From: an uncultured Alphaproteobacteria bacterium
Lineage (GTDB): Bacteria; Pseudomonadota; Alphaproteobacteria; Rs-D84
Direction of reading: 5' to 3'
Length of the DNA: 64,000 bases
NCBI GenBank assembly: GCA_949878575.1
Contig: CATLAX010000001.1
Span: forward strand, 320,220 to 384,219
The translations under genes and the position numbers were made by a program. Below are positions 18,529 to 30,116 of this stretch, one piece after another. Positions within the stretch are counted from its first letter, which is position 1; every line of letters begins with the position of its first letter. The notes beneath the pieces were generated by a model. That model saw nothing but the letters and a program-made list of their open reading frames with translations, searched no databases and was not told the DNA's origin.

Positions 18529-21500
18529 TAGAACCGGTATGAACCAGACAGCTTTATCTTATGCATTTGGATGTCTGCATTGTACTGATAACGGTAATCC
18601 AGACCAACCTGAACACCGGTTACAGACAAGAATTCCATGCCGCCACCGATATTCGCCCACAGCGGGTCTATATCAACATCGTATTTTGTAAAGTGCTTTG
18701 CCGCCGCAAACTTGTACTTTGCATTGTCCGGCGCGCCCAGTACGTCATATTCCACGCCGATGGCCGCATACGGACGCAACTGGAACCATGCGGACGGATA
18801 TATGCGCTTTTGCGCGGTTAACGTATACCCCGGCGTTACAATCATGTACCCGTCTGATTTCAATTTCATGTAATCGTCGCCGGCGGCCTTTTCCTTAACG
18901 GAAAATCCAAAATTGTATCCGACGCGGGCGTAAACATTGCCGACAATGTATTGATTCAACCAGTCGTGCATTAACCCCCATTCCGATATTAGGCTAAACG
19001 CTGTTCCGTCGCCGTCAATTTTGGACATATATGTCTGGTCGCGCGTAACATCCAGCCAGTGCAGGTCCAGGAATGCGTTCCCGTACAGGCGCATTTTTGT
19101 CCCCAGATTCTGCATCATATATGCACCCAGACCAAAATTTGTGTCAGATACGGTCGTATTAACACTGCCCGCAATGTACTGGCCCGGCAGATAGCCCAGA
19201 TCCATCGCGTCGTCATTGTCGCCCGACATGTGGGAAACACGGCCCGCCAGTCCCAGAATCAATGTTTCCGTTTCCTGCCAGTCGTATCCGCCGGTAAAGC
19301 CGAATCGGTCTGATGCGACGCGTTTGCCGTCGTCAACCTTTTGGCGTGCCGTGCCGAAATCAAATTCGCCCCAGGCCTTGCGCAAATGACGGTTGCGGTT
19401 CCATATGAATTCATCCAGCATGCGGTCTTCAAAATCACGGAAAGACGTATGTTCGTTCAGAACGACGCTGCCGGCCATCTGTTCTATTTCACGCGGCTGG
19501 AACAGGCGGCTAAAGCGGGCCAGACCGCGACCATCACGCGTGGTGTTGTAGTATTCCATGCGGTTTAACAGTTCTTTGGACATTTCTTCCATGTTTGTGC
19601 CGGCGAATGCAACCGGTATCGCCTCTATCGGTGTGCGGTTATAGAATTTCGCATCGGCCAGACCGCCCGCAATCAAATCATCCAATGCACCGGCGGTTGT
19701 GTATTCACCCTTTGTATGGTCGTTTTCACGTTCAACGATGGGTTGAATCTTGAACACCTGTACCGGGCCGCCAAAGCGCGGATCAAATACCAGATACAGA
19801 CTGTCCGCGGTGCCGTCGCTGTTATAATCACGAACAGATATGTATGCCGGCAAATCGGTTCCCGTTTCATTCAGGCCCTGTGTCGGCTTGAAATAATCAA
19901 AGCATTTGCTGCCGTCCGCGTTGCAGAATTTTACGGCAACATTGCGGATTTTCGTACCTTCTTCGCGGATGCCGCCGTCTGCATGCAGCAGCCATATTGC
20001 GGTACCCTGATCAATCATGTCAAATATTTGTACGCCCATCTGGCCATCGTTTAACAGACCCGTATCATTGTTGATGTTGTCGCCCAGGTTTGTAATGAAC
20101 GTGCCGTTTACGGAAATCAAAGGCTCCGGATTCGGGTGTTTTGACGGGTCGTGTATAATCTGGCCCAGGGTTTTGTCATCGGCCAGGCTGACGTTCGCCC
20201 AATAGTCATATATTGTTGAATTCATGCCGCCACCCGCCGCATAGGGTAAAATCGCCATGTTCAGACCACTGTTGGAATCGTATGTATAGTTCCCCGTTAT
20301 TTTCATGTGTTCCAGACCGGTAAATTTCACGCCGCCTGATACGTTGCCCGTAACACCAACGTTTAGCCAGTTTGTTGCCGGCGTTGCCGCAACGGTCAAA
20401 TCTGTGGCGTCAATATTGCCGCCGACTGTGAAGTCACTGGTTCGCAGTGTTAGGCGCCCGGATTCCTGGGCCACGCCGGCAAAGGTTGCACTTGACGTTG
20501 TTATTGTATAATTGTTGGACATTACATTTATATCGCGTGCGTATACGGCGCCCGTATAATTTTGGCGCAACATGTTTTGCGAAAGTGCGCCGTTTGTTGT
20601 TAAACCCGCCCCCGCCAGTGTTGTTGTGCCGTTAAACATAGCATCCGCCACGTTTGTAATACCCGTGCCCGAATCCAGCGTTATGTCGCCGCCGGACATG
20701 ATGTTGTTCGCATCAATTCCGGTGCCGCCCGCCAGACGCAGCGTGCCGCTGTTTACGACGTTTGTCGTGGTTAGCTTGCCGCCGGCGGCAATGTCGGCAT
20801 CGGCCCCGGATGCCACGGTTACGTTTCCAGCGATTCGTGCGGCCCCCGTAAATACATAGTCAACCGATTCGCCCTGTGCTTTAAAATCACCCGTAACATT
20901 TAACGATTCGCCCGTAAAACGCCCGCTTTTTGTTATGTTCAGGCCGGCGGATTGCGCACCCTGGGTCATGTCGCCGTAAACGGATACCGGGCCGCCGATG
21001 TTTGTGTTCGCAACATCTATTGTTGCGGTTGCGCCGGATAAAACCGTCAATAGGCCAGTCGCGGTCAGTCTGTCGCCGATTATGGTCGTGGTGCCGGCAT
21101 TGGCGTTGATGGCGCCGGCATCAATGTTTGTTGCAACCAGTTTGGCCGTGCCGCTGTTGTTCAAATCCATCATGTCTATATAAGATGCATCAATGTTCAG
21201 CGCACCGGTATTCGCAACGGTTGCATCACCGCCCAGCGTGGCGATTTCCGCCGCGGTGATGTTTAATTCCCCGTTTGCAGTAATCCCGCCGTCAACAATG
21301 GCGTGTTTTGCAGACAATATGTTTAATGTCTTGCCGGATGACATTTCTATACCGCCGACAAAGATGCTTTTTCCGTCCGGTTGTGTCGTTAATGTGAACG
21401 TATCCGTATCTTTTACAATCAGGCCTGTCGCCGGGTCTGTTGACGGATTGTTAAACCATATTGTGTCATCAATGTGTATGGAATCCGTGGCGGCAATCTG

Positions 21501-23672
21501 TTGGCCGTGCATGATATATTGACCATTGCCGGACAAAGAGCCAACTTTTACCTCATTCCCATAGAACTCAATGGAGCCGGCATTGTTTGCCAGATCTTTG
21601 GCCGTTGTAACATCGCCCTTGATTGTTGTGGCGCTGTTTTCATTGTTTCCGAATATCAGGTGGCCCAGTCCCGCGGCATCAGCGTTGCCGTCCACCGTTA
21701 TAACATTATTGCCGGCTATGAATTGTGCCGTGCGGGAAACGTCGCTTTGCACGGCGGCGATATTGCCCCCGATTGTCATGCCGCCATCTGACGTTAATAC
21801 AAAATTTTGGGTGCCGTTGCCGCCGATGTTCACAGCGCCCGGCGCATCCGCGGGCAGGGCCTGTGTCGCGGATAGTGTTACGTCGCCGGCGATTTTTGTT
21901 TCGCCTGTTACGTGCAGATCCGTTGTTGCGTCGCCGATGTTTATGACGCCGGCCGTGGTATACAAATTGCCGTTTACCGTCATCGGGCCGATTAATGAGT
22001 TCAGATTCGTTGTGCCGCCATCGGCGCGTATCGCCCCCAGTGTTACGGCGCCCCCGTTTTTATCAGAGCCCAATATTGACAGCGTGCCGCCTTTGGTTGT
22101 GATTGTGTCTTTTATGTCAATGGTGCGGGCATTAATATTCATTTCACCGCTTTCGTTTGTGACAGTGCCATAAACAATTACCGCACCGGTCGGCGATGTG
22201 GCGGCGGAAATGTTCATATTGCCGGCATTTGTTATGGACGTTGCCGCGGTAAGCGTGCCGAATTTTACGCTGTCCTCGTTAAGTATGTTTATGGTTGCGC
22301 CGGAATTGCTGACAACCGCACCGTTTATCTGCATGTCGCTGGCGCCAGATATGGTGGTAATGCCAGAATTCCCGGTGATGCCGTTCGCTATTGTTATGGC
22401 GTCGCCGGCGGATGTATCTGTTGCCGTAATGTTTAAGTTTTTGCCGGAATTTGTAACGGAATTTGCAGAAATATTTTGCGCCGTTACGGTCATGTTTGCG
22501 TTCGTGTTGGAAACGGCATCAGACTGACCATTGATTATGTTTGTGTTCAGTGCCAAATCACCGTTTTTTACGATTACTGTAAAATTGTTCAATTTATTTG
22601 AAAACAGCTGCAGCCAGTTTTCATCCCCGCCGACATTCAGCGTCCCGGCGGACAGATAAAATTCGTTTGTAGTCTGCATCGCGCTGTTGTCAAAACCGTT
22701 CGCCAGGCTTAAGGCACCGGTAATATTCAATGTCAAATCACCGCTGTTTACAAAAGATGCGTTGTTGTGCGTGGCGTCTGTTCCGGTAACGGTCAGGCTG
22801 TTTGCACGGACAATCATAGTGCCGCCTTCGTTTGTCATGGCGCCGCCCGCGGTTACAGCGCTGCCTGTGGTAATATCCAACAGTTCGCCGCCCTTGTTTT
22901 CAATGACGCCGGCGGAATTTACGGCCCCGGATGTCTTTATGTACATTTTCCCGGCGTTGTTTTGCACGTTGCCGGATGTGACGGACGCGGCGTTAATGCT
23001 TGTTTCCGTGGCGGCCCCGGATGTCGTTATTGCCGCCGTGCCGGTATTCAGGCCGCCCGTCATTATAATATTGCCGTCCGAATCGAGATGGCCGATGGTC
23101 ATTTTTCCGCTGGTATTTTCAATGGCGCCGGTTGTCATGGAAACCGCGTTTATATCCAGTTCCATGGCCCCGGTATTGTTGCGAATCGCACCGGTGGATG
23201 TAAACGTGCCGATATTGGTCAAATCAAGCCGCGCCAGGTTATCAATGGATCCCACGGTCATGTTTGTTGGGGAAACGCCGTCGCTTTGGCCTATTTTCAG
23301 ATAGTTCCCAGCCTCTACCTGCAACATGTTTGCTATTTTTATCGGGCCGTCGGATGCGATGGTAAATCCGTTTGCCGTGCCGGCCGCCGTTTCATTTAAT
23401 ATAAATATCCATCCCGTATCGGCGCCCGTATTGTGTCCGACAATCATTCCGCCCGCTATATCAATGCCGTTTGTGCCGACATTCATGTTTTTGGCGACGG
23501 TTCCGTTGTTTGGATCGTTTCTGACAACAACACTGGATGTGTCCGTGTCAATGTTTAATGTCGTATCCGTTACGGCAATGGTGCCGTTTGCATCCGGATC
23601 CAAATAAGTGGGGACCGCCATAGCACCGAACGGCGCCATGCAGAAAATAAAAGAAAATAGCTTTTTTATCAT
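18528..23672 (-). CDS. Giant autotransporter (type Va) adhesin-like protein, about 1715 aa
   Basis: Signal peptide MIKKLFSFIFCMAPFGAMA. About 1300 aa of T/G/N/A-rich imperfect repeats (beta-helix-like passenger). A C-terminal ~280-aa beta-barrel region ends ...LSGSYRF (terminal aromatic). Confidence 0.75.
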   Translation of the reverse strand: MIKKLFSFIFCMAPFGAMAVPTYLDPDANGTIAVTDTTLNIDTDTSSVVVRNDPNNGTVAKNMNVGTNGIDIAGGMIVGHNTGADTGWIFILNETAAGTANGFTIASDGPIKIANMLQVEAGNYLKIGQSDGVSPTNMTVGSIDNLARLDLTNIGTFTSTGAIRNNTGAMELDINAVSMTTGAIENTSGKMTIGHLDSDGNIIMTGGLNTGTAAITTSGAATETSINAASVTSGNVQNNAGKMYIKTSGAVNSAGVIENKGGELLDITTGSAVTAGGAMTNEGGTMIVRANSLTVTGTDATHNNASFVNSGDLTLNITGALSLANGFDNSAMQTTNEFYLSAGTLNVGGDENWLQLFSNKLNNFTVIVKNGDLALNTNIINGQSDAVSNTNANMTVTAQNISANSVTNSGKNLNITATDTSAGDAITIANGITGNSGITTISGASDMQINGAVVSNSGATINILNEDSVKFGTLTAATSITNAGNMNISAATSPTGAVIVYGTVTNESGEMNINARTIDIKDTITTKGGTLSILGSDKNGGAVTLGAIRADGGTTNLNSLIGPMTVNGNLYTTAGVINIGDATTDLHVTGETKIAGDVTLSATQALPADAPGAVNIGGNGTQNFVLTSDGGMTIGGNIAAVQSDVSRTAQFIAGNNVITVDGNADAAGLGHLIFGNNENSATTIKGDVTTAKDLANNAGSIEFYGNEVKVGSLSGNGQYIMHGQQIAATDSIHIDDTIWFNNPSTDPATGLIVKDTDTFTLTTQPDGKSIFVGGIEMSSGKTLNILSAKHAIVDGGITANGELNITAAEIATLGGDATVANTGALNIDASYIDMMDLNNSGTAKLVATNIDAGAINANAGTTTIIGDRLTATGLLTVLSGATATIDVANTNIGGPVSVYGDMTQGAQSAGLNITKSGRFTGESLNVTGDFKAQGESVDYVFTGAARIAGNVTVASGADADIAAGGKLTTTNVVNSGTLRLAGGTGIDANNIMSGGDITLDSGTGITNVADAMFNGTTTLAGAGLTTNGALSQNMLRQNYTGAVYARDINVMSNNYTITTSSATFAGVAQESGRLTLRTSDFTVGGNIDATDLTVAATPATNWLNVGVTGNVSGGVKFTGLEHMKITGNYTYDSNSGLNMAILPYAAGGGMNSTIYDYWANVSLADDKTLGQIIHDPSKHPNPEPLISVNGTFITNLGDNINNDTGLLNDGQMGVQIFDMIDQGTAIWLLHADGGIREEGTKIRNVAVKFCNADGSKCFDYFKPTQGLNETGTDLPAYISVRDYNSDGTADSLYLVFDPRFGGPVQVFKIQPIVERENDHTKGEYTTAGALDDLIAGGLADAKFYNRTPIEAIPVAFAGTNMEEMSKELLNRMEYYNTTRDGRGLARFSRLFQPREIEQMAGSVVLNEHTSFRDFEDRMLDEFIWNRNRHLRKAWGEFDFGTARQKVDDGKRVASDRFGFTGGYDWQETETLILGLAGRVSHMSGDNDDAMDLGYLPGQYIAGSVNTTVSDTNFGLGAYMMQNLGTKMRLYGNAFLDLHWLDVTRDQTYMSKIDGDGTAFSLISEWGLMHDWLNQYIVGNVYARVGYNFGFSVKEKAAGDDYMKLKSDGYMIVTPGYTLTAQKRIYPSAWFQLRPYAAIGVEYDVLGAPDNAKYKFAAAKHFTKYDVDIDPLWANIGGGMEFLSVTGVQVGLDYRYQYNADIQMHKIKLSGSYRF

Positions 23673-23759
23673 ATTTTTTTGTTTATTTTTGGTTTTGATT
23701 GTGCTCTTATTGTTCAACAAATTGGTAGTATAAGGCAAGTTAAAAAATCTTGTTTGTAA

Positions 23760-25052
<1,293 letters not shown>

Positions 25053-25112
25053 TTAAAAATACGGTTTCCCGCGCCAAACATTTGGCGCGGATTCCGGAAA
25101 AGGAAGGGGAAA

Positions 25113-25319
25113 ATGCGGGTATCGCCCGATATATTGCTTTATATAAAATATGCGGCCGCGGTGGCGATTTTAATCGTGATATTTTTGGCGCCCGCATGGC
25201 TGGCGCGCCAGACCAAAAAAGGCAAATTTGACATGGGGGTTGTCCGTATCGCCAGCTGGCTGTTCGGGTGGACCGGTGTCGGATGGCTGGTCGCGCTGTA
25301 TTGGGCGGTGCGTAAATAG
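25113..25319 (+). CDS. Small membrane protein (2 TM)
   Basis: 68 aa with two hydrophobic segments. A bidirectional terminator follows. Confidence 0.35.
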   Translation: MRVSPDILLYIKYAAAVAILIVIFLAPAWLARQTKKGKFDMGVVRIASWLFGWTGVGWLVALYWAVRK

Positions 25320-25320
25320 T

Positions 25321-25353
25321 AAAACAGGCGAGCAAATGCCCGCCTGTTTTTAT
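25321..25353. terminator. Bidirectional terminator
   Basis: aaaacaggcgagcaaatgcccgcctgtttttatttt. Confidence 0.7.
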
Positions 25354-25700
25354 TTTGCGGCGATAATGGATTGAGCCAGTTCCATAATAAGTTTCCGTTG
25401 TTCCCGGTTCATTTTATACATTAATTTGATTACCTCTGTTATGTCGCGGTCGTGTGCGTATGTTTGTGACACACCGTCCAGCAGCTGGCCGACGGTCATT
25501 TCAAAAACATTTGCTATTTGTATCAGGGTACCCACATATATTCTGTTGCCGCCTGTTTCGTATTTTTGTACCTGTTGAAATGTAACGTTCAGATGTTTTG
25601 CCAAACCTTTTTGAGACATGCCCATGCGTCGCCGTGATATTGCAATAATTTCCCCGATGCGAATATCGTATTCGGACGGTGTGCTTTTTTTACCCGCCAT
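25350..25700 (-). CDS. XRE-family HTH transcriptional regulator
   Basis: SRRRMGMSQKGLAKHLNVTFQQVQKYETG HTH. It is paralogous in type to 18189..18500. Confidence 0.7.
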   Translation of the reverse strand: MAGKKSTPSEYDIRIGEIIAISRRRMGMSQKGLAKHLNVTFQQVQKYETGGNRIYVGTLIQIANVFEMTVGQLLDGVSQTYAHDRDITEVIKLMYKMNREQRKLIMELAQSIIAAK

Positions 25701-25756
25701 TTTGCCTTCCCCTGTTGTGTTATATGTTAAATAAAAACCACTTGAAAAATTCAGGT

Positions 25757-25833
25757 GGTTGGAGGTTCATACTACACAAGGTATAGCGCGCTTATTAGCC
25801 GACCATAGGCCGGGGTATTCACGCCCTCCAACC
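25757..25833 (+). repeat. Hairpin repeat element, copy 5 (long-loop subtype)
   Basis: ggttggagg ... gcttatt[insert]tattcacg ccctccaacc. It is followed by the second conserved hairpin at 25900..25928. Confidence 0.75.
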
Positions 25834-25899
25834 CGATTAAGGTATTGAAGGGCTGCGTTTTTTATATCTCTGCATATTTGATACAGCCATACAGAGAAA

Positions 25900-25928
25900 A
25901 CCTTGTGGGGATATGAAGCCCCATAATG
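25900..25928 (+). repeat. Second conserved hairpin of the composite unit (ccttgtGGGGatatgaaGCCCCataa)
   Basis: It recurs at 26139..26166 with a compensatory change (AGGG/CCCT). Confidence 0.6.
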
Positions 25929-26017
25929 GATGGTTAGTTCCATTACTTTAATGATTATACTAAATTTATGAAAAACATTCAAATAAAAAAGCCTCAAATA
26001 ATATTGAGGGCTGGAGG

Positions 26018-26087
26018 TTCATATTACACAAGGTGTATAGTGCTTATTATAATGGCATGCCATTAATATTCAGACACCCTCCAACCC
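26018..26087 (+). repeat. Hairpin repeat element, copy 6 (long-loop subtype)
   Basis: gggctggagg ... gcttatt[atggcatgccat]taatattcagacac cctccaaccc. Confidence 0.7.
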
Positions 26088-26138
26088 GTAAAGATTGAAG
26101 GTGTTTTACATATGGATACTTAAAATGTATCCGCTATA

Positions 26139-26166
26139 ACCTTGTAGGGATATGAAACCCTATAAC
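26139..26166 (+). repeat. Second conserved hairpin, copy 2 (ccttgtAGGGatatgaaACCCTataa)
   Basis: Covaries with 25900..25928. Confidence 0.6.
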
Positions 26167-26252
26167 AGTACGTTACTACTTGCTACAATGGGCAGTATAT
26201 CCTAAAAAACGGTGCAAAGCCAGCATAAAAAATCCCCCGTTCGGGGGATTTG

Positions 26253-26813
26253 TTACGAATCGTCTTCCATTTCATCATCATCGTCGCCGTCGGCGGCGTT
26301 AAGGTCTATTTCTTTGGGAATGCCCAAAATATCCTCTATCTTGTCCGATGCCTCGTCCAGGTCTATTTTATGCAGGACCGCAAATTCTTGGGCCATGCGT
26401 TCCAGTGCGCGCAGATATAGCTGGCGTGCCGAAAACGTCATGGTGTCCGTCGCACTGCGCCGCTGCAGGTCGCGTACAACCTCGGCCAGTTTCATGGGGT
26501 CGCCGGAATTAATATTTTCCTCGTACTGGGCGGCACGGCGCGCCCAAATCATGCGCTTTGCACCGGCCTTGCCCTTGGCGGCGGCAATCGCTTCATCCAT
26601 CTTTTTGGCGGATGTCAACGGACGCAGTCCCGATATTTCCGCGCGTTCAACCGGCACGCGCAGGGTCATGTGGTTGCGCTCAAAATCAATGACCAGCATT
26701 TTTATTTTCTGGTCGCCGATGGTCTGTTCCTCTATTCGCAACAGTTTTCCGACACCCTGGGTCGGGTACACTACATATTGTCCTGTTTTAAAATCTAACT
26801 TCTTGCTTGCCAT
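26253..26813 (-). CDS. CarD/CdnL-family RNA-polymerase-binding transcription factor
   Basis: YVVYPTQGVGKLLRIEEQTIGDQKIKMLVIDF... N-terminal RNAP-interaction (Tudor-like) domain and an acidic C-terminal tail. Confidence 0.85.
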   Translation of the reverse strand: MASKKLDFKTGQYVVYPTQGVGKLLRIEEQTIGDQKIKMLVIDFERNHMTLRVPVERAEISGLRPLTSAKKMDEAIAAAKGKAGAKRMIWARRAAQYEENINSGDPMKLAEVVRDLQRRSATDTMTFSARQLYLRALERMAQEFAVLHKIDLDEASDKIEDILGIPKEIDLNAADGDDDDEMEDDS

Positions 26814-26934
26814 TTGGCCGTACCTTTTTACGTTGCCATTCTCTCTGACATAGTTGGTATTATATCATAAAATAAACAAAAAACAAACCGCTGGGGTAAA
26901 AATAAAAAAAGCCCCGTTTCGGGGGCCTGATTTC

Positions 26935-27474
26935 CTAAAACGTGCGCCGGCGCAAAGTCCCCGTACGGCGTACACTGGACGCGCGACTGCCGACGTCACT
27001 GCCGCTGGCCGTGGCGCAGTGCCATTCGCCGTTCATTAATACCGCCGTTTCGCCGTTCGGACAATTCGGTTTTTCCAGGCGCCATGCAAAACAGCCGCCT
27101 TTCTGGTATGAAATATACGTCGCATTGTCGCCGCCGCCGCGCGTGTACGCGCCGTATTCGGGATTCCATACGCCAGCCGTTTCACCCCCGCACCATTTGC
27201 GGTCGCCAAAGCATTCCACACAGTTCCCGCGCGCGTCACACAATTCCACCGGGGCCGATGTTGATTTGTATCCCGATGATGCGGAATTGTTTTTGCCCAT
27301 CGTCTTGCCGTTTTCCAAATCCGTGCACCACAGTTTTTGGCATTCCGCGGCGTTTATGCCGTCAATTTTGGCGTGGGTGTTTAAAATATAGCCCAGGCCG
27401 CACGACGTAAACGCGGCATTGGCGCCGCCAAACATTAAAGCAAATATGGAAACTGTAAAAATTATCTTTTTCAT
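26935..27474 (-). CDS. Secreted Cys-rich hypothetical protein
   Basis: Signal peptide MKKIIFTVSIFALMFGGANA and many Cys. Confidence 0.4.
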   Translation of the reverse strand: MKKIIFTVSIFALMFGGANAAFTSCGLGYILNTHAKIDGINAAECQKLWCTDLENGKTMGKNNSASSGYKSTSAPVELCDARGNCVECFGDRKWCGGETAGVWNPEYGAYTRGGGDNATYISYQKGGCFAWRLEKPNCPNGETAVLMNGEWHCATASGSDVGSRASSVRRTGTLRRRTF

Positions 27475-27533
27475 TTGGGTATTCCGTTACAGATATATTT
27501 TACACTTTTTGACCCATAATCGCAAATGATTTG

Positions 27534-27962
27534 TTACTGGCCCAGTCCGGCGGGGGTAAATCGGCCGATGTTGTTGAACAGTTCCTGCAGCGCGTTTAAC
27601 TCTATTGCGGCGGGTATTTCCGTTTCGCCGTCCGCAATTTCAACATCCGGCAGGTCGTCGTCATGCAAAATCTGTGTTTTTACAACGCTGTCGCCGCGCA
27701 CCCATGCCAGCAGAACCGTCCGGTTGTCAAAGGTATGGGGCAGGGGGCCGCGATAGTTTTCATCCGCGCCGTAATAAATCCAGATGCTGTCGCCGTATTG
27801 CGTTTTTACCTGAGGCATGCCTATTTTGTCGGTCAGGTCGCGCGTTGTTTTTACTGATGCAATCTGGGTATCCAAATCTGATGGAAAGACATAGCCGCGA
27901 TGTTTCGTTTGAAACGTGCAGGCGGAAAGAACAACCGTTAAAAACAATAAAACTTTTTTCAT
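27534..27962 (-). CDS. Lipoprotein, unknown function
   Basis: Lipobox LSAC after the signal peptide. It lies downstream of lptB. Confidence 0.45.
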   Translation of the reverse strand: MKKVLLFLTVVLSACTFQTKHRGYVFPSDLDTQIASVKTTRDLTDKIGMPQVKTQYGDSIWIYYGADENYRGPLPHTFDNRTVLLAWVRGDSVVKTQILHDDDLPDVEIADGETEIPAAIELNALQELFNNIGRFTPAGLGQ

Positions 27963-28020
27963 GCCTTAAACCTACAATAATTTCATGACTGCGTGCAACC
28001 AAAAAAATGCCGCGCTGTTT

Positions 28021-28749
28021 CTACATTACAAAATCTTCGCCCAGATAGACTTTTTTTACCATTTCATCCTTGACTATTTCGGCGGTTGTTCCGTGTTTCA
28101 GGATTTTTCCGTCGTGCAGAACATAACTGCGGTCGGTAATGCCCAGTGTTTCCCGCACGTTGTGGTCGGTGATTATAACGCCCAGACCGCGATTTTTCAG
28201 CTGTGAGACCAGACTGCGGATTTCGTTTACCGCAATGGGGTCTATGCCGGCAAACGGTTCGTCCAGCAGGATGAATTTCGGGTCGTTGGCCAATGCGCGC
28301 GCAATTTCAACACGGCGGCGTTCACCGCCGGACAGGGCGGTTGCCGGACTGCGGCGCAGTGATGATATGGAAAATTCTTCCAGCAGCGCGTCCAGTTTCA
28401 TTTTGCGCTTTTTACGGCTGGGTTCCACAACCTCCAGTATCGCCATGATGTTTTGTTCAACTGTTAAACCGCGGAAAACGCTGTTTTCCTGGGGCAGATA
28501 ACCTATGTGCAGGCGCGCCCGCTGATAAAACGGCAGGTGGGTTATATCCTGGGAATTTAAGAATATCTGGCCGCCGGTTGCCCCCAGCTGGCCGGTAATG
28601 CAATAAAAAGCCGTTGTTTTTCCGGCGCCGTTCGGCCCCAGCAGACCAACCGATTCGCCCTGGCGCGCAATCAGCGATATGTCGCGGATTACCATGCGCT
28701 TGCCATAAGATTTAGATAAATGTTCAACGCGTAATACGGATTGTTTCAT
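28021..28749 (-). CDS. lptB: LPS export ABC transporter ATP-binding protein
   Basis: Walker A GPNGAGKTT, signature LSGGERRR and Walker B ILLDEP, in a 242-aa LptB-like protein. Confidence 0.9.
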   Translation of the reverse strand: MKQSVLRVEHLSKSYGKRMVIRDISLIARQGESVGLLGPNGAGKTTAFYCITGQLGATGGQIFLNSQDITHLPFYQRARLHIGYLPQENSVFRGLTVEQNIMAILEVVEPSRKKRKMKLDALLEEFSISSLRRSPATALSGGERRRVEIARALANDPKFILLDEPFAGIDPIAVNEIRSLVSQLKNRGLGVIITDHNVRETLGITDRSYVLHDGKILKHGTTAEIVKDEMVKKVYLGEDFVM

Positions 28750-29225
28750 AATTTTATTACCAATTCTTTTGTTATTATGCGGTCGCCGTTGCTGGAGTTT
28801 ATATTTACATCCCCGGTCAGGCGAATGGATTTGTTCGCGCGGTTATACTGGCCCCGGCGCGCCGTTATATCCTGGGTTACGGTGCCGCCGCCGGATTTGC
28901 GGGTTATGGTGCCGGATACTATGTCCATAAATATTATGTCCGGGTTGTTGTATTCCTGGCGTGCGGTGGCCGCGCGCATGCGGAACGGCGAACCGTTTTT
29001 GTCCGTGCCGGCAAAAGACGCGCCGGACATTTTAAACTGATTGCTGATTACGTCCGTCATGTTGACGGCGGAAATGGGCGTCCATAGCAACTGCTGTGTA
29101 AACAGTGCGCCCGCAACCAGCGCGGCGACCATTACCAGGCCCCATCCTGTAAAGAAAAACTGCCACAGGCGCATCCAGCGCTTGTGTTTTGAGAAAATAA
29201 TAAAACTTCTTTTGTCTTTCTGCAC
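28746..29225 (-). CDS. LptC/OstA-like LPS transport protein (membrane-anchored)
   Basis: N-terminal TM helix plus an OstA-like beta-jellyroll segment, directly upstream of lptB. Confidence 0.55.
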   Translation of the reverse strand: MQKDKRSFIIFSKHKRWMRLWQFFFTGWGLVMVAALVAGALFTQQLLWTPISAVNMTDVISNQFKMSGASFAGTDKNGSPFRMRAATARQEYNNPDIIFMDIVSGTITRKSGGGTVTQDITARRGQYNRANKSIRLTGDVNINSSNGDRIITKELVIKL

Positions 29226-29309
29226 GCATGCAGTGTAGACCGAACCGAGCCAAAAAGCAATTTTTATATTTGAGCAGTTTGTTTTTTGTGTTATAATGAC
29301 GCAGAGAGA

Positions 29310-30116
29310 ATGAAAAAAGCCCTTGTCTTTTTTACCGCTATGTTGTCATTGTGCCCCGAATTGGGGCATGCGGCGGCTACTATCAAAAAGGCCGCCCCGG
29401 TCGCATCACAGCAAAAATCCGCAATGGACAGTACGGGCAGTCTGGTGCCGACGGTGCTGGGGCTGGTAAGTTCGGTTCAGTCGTTAAGTGCCAAAACCAA
29501 AGAGTTAACGGCGGAATGCGTGCCGTCGTCCGCGGATATAACCTTTGTTAACAATGTTGTCAAGGAATGGGCGAAAACAGGGGCCGCAACCGCTGACGAG
29601 GCAGAGAAGTCTTTGGGAATGCGTCGGTGCCCAAATATGCCCAGCGGCGGATATGCGCATTACATGGAACTTTATGCGGGTGATGCGGAACAGGAGATTT
29701 GCACCGACTGGTTCGGAGATGAATCAGAGAAAGACATGGTGTGGTACGGATTCCCAAAGGCTGCGGTTGCAACTGTTTGTTCTGACGGCTCGTACGATTG
29801 TGGCAATTCAAAGAAAAAGACCGTTTCAAACATATACAATGTTTTTAACCTGGTTGATTTTGGAATAGATGACTATACCAAGAGAGAGGCGCAAACGGCG
29901 GCAAGTCTGTTAAATAAAATAGAAAAATGCTCTGATGCGAAATTAAGTGCCAGAAAGCGCGAAATGTGGGGTGATTTCCTGATAAATACTTTGGGCAATG
30001 TCGGGCAGTCCACCAACACCGGTGCGATAATGCAGTCCGTACAGAGTGTTTCCGGCAGCGGTCTGGGCGGCTTGTCGTCTATTTCCGGGTTGGCGACGGA
30101 TCTGCTTAACAAATAA
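29310..30116 (+). CDS. Secreted hypothetical protein
   Basis: Signal peptide MKKALVFFTAMLSL. The start is taken at an internal Met of ORF 29286..30116. Confidence 0.4.
   Translation: MKKALVFFTAMLSLCPELGHAAATIKKAAPVASQQKSAMDSTGSLVPTVLGLVSSVQSLSAKTKELTAECVPSSADITFVNNVVKEWAKTGAATADEAEKSLGMRRCPNMPSGGYAHYMELYAGDAEQEICTDWFGDESEKDMVWYGFPKAAVATVCSDGSYDCGNSKKKTVSNIYNVFNLVDFGIDDYTKREAQTAASLLNKIEKCSDAKLSARKREMWGDFLINTLGNVGQSTNTGAIMQSVQSVSGSGLGGLSSISGLATDLLNK

Noticed and set aside
19059-23607. Many plus-strand ORFs of 60-210 aa (e.g. 21571..22173, 22687..23304, 22767..23399)
   Set aside because: They are antisense to the repeat-rich autotransporter gene. Low-complexity, Thr/Gly/Ala/Val-rich codon repeats generate long open frames on the opposite strand.
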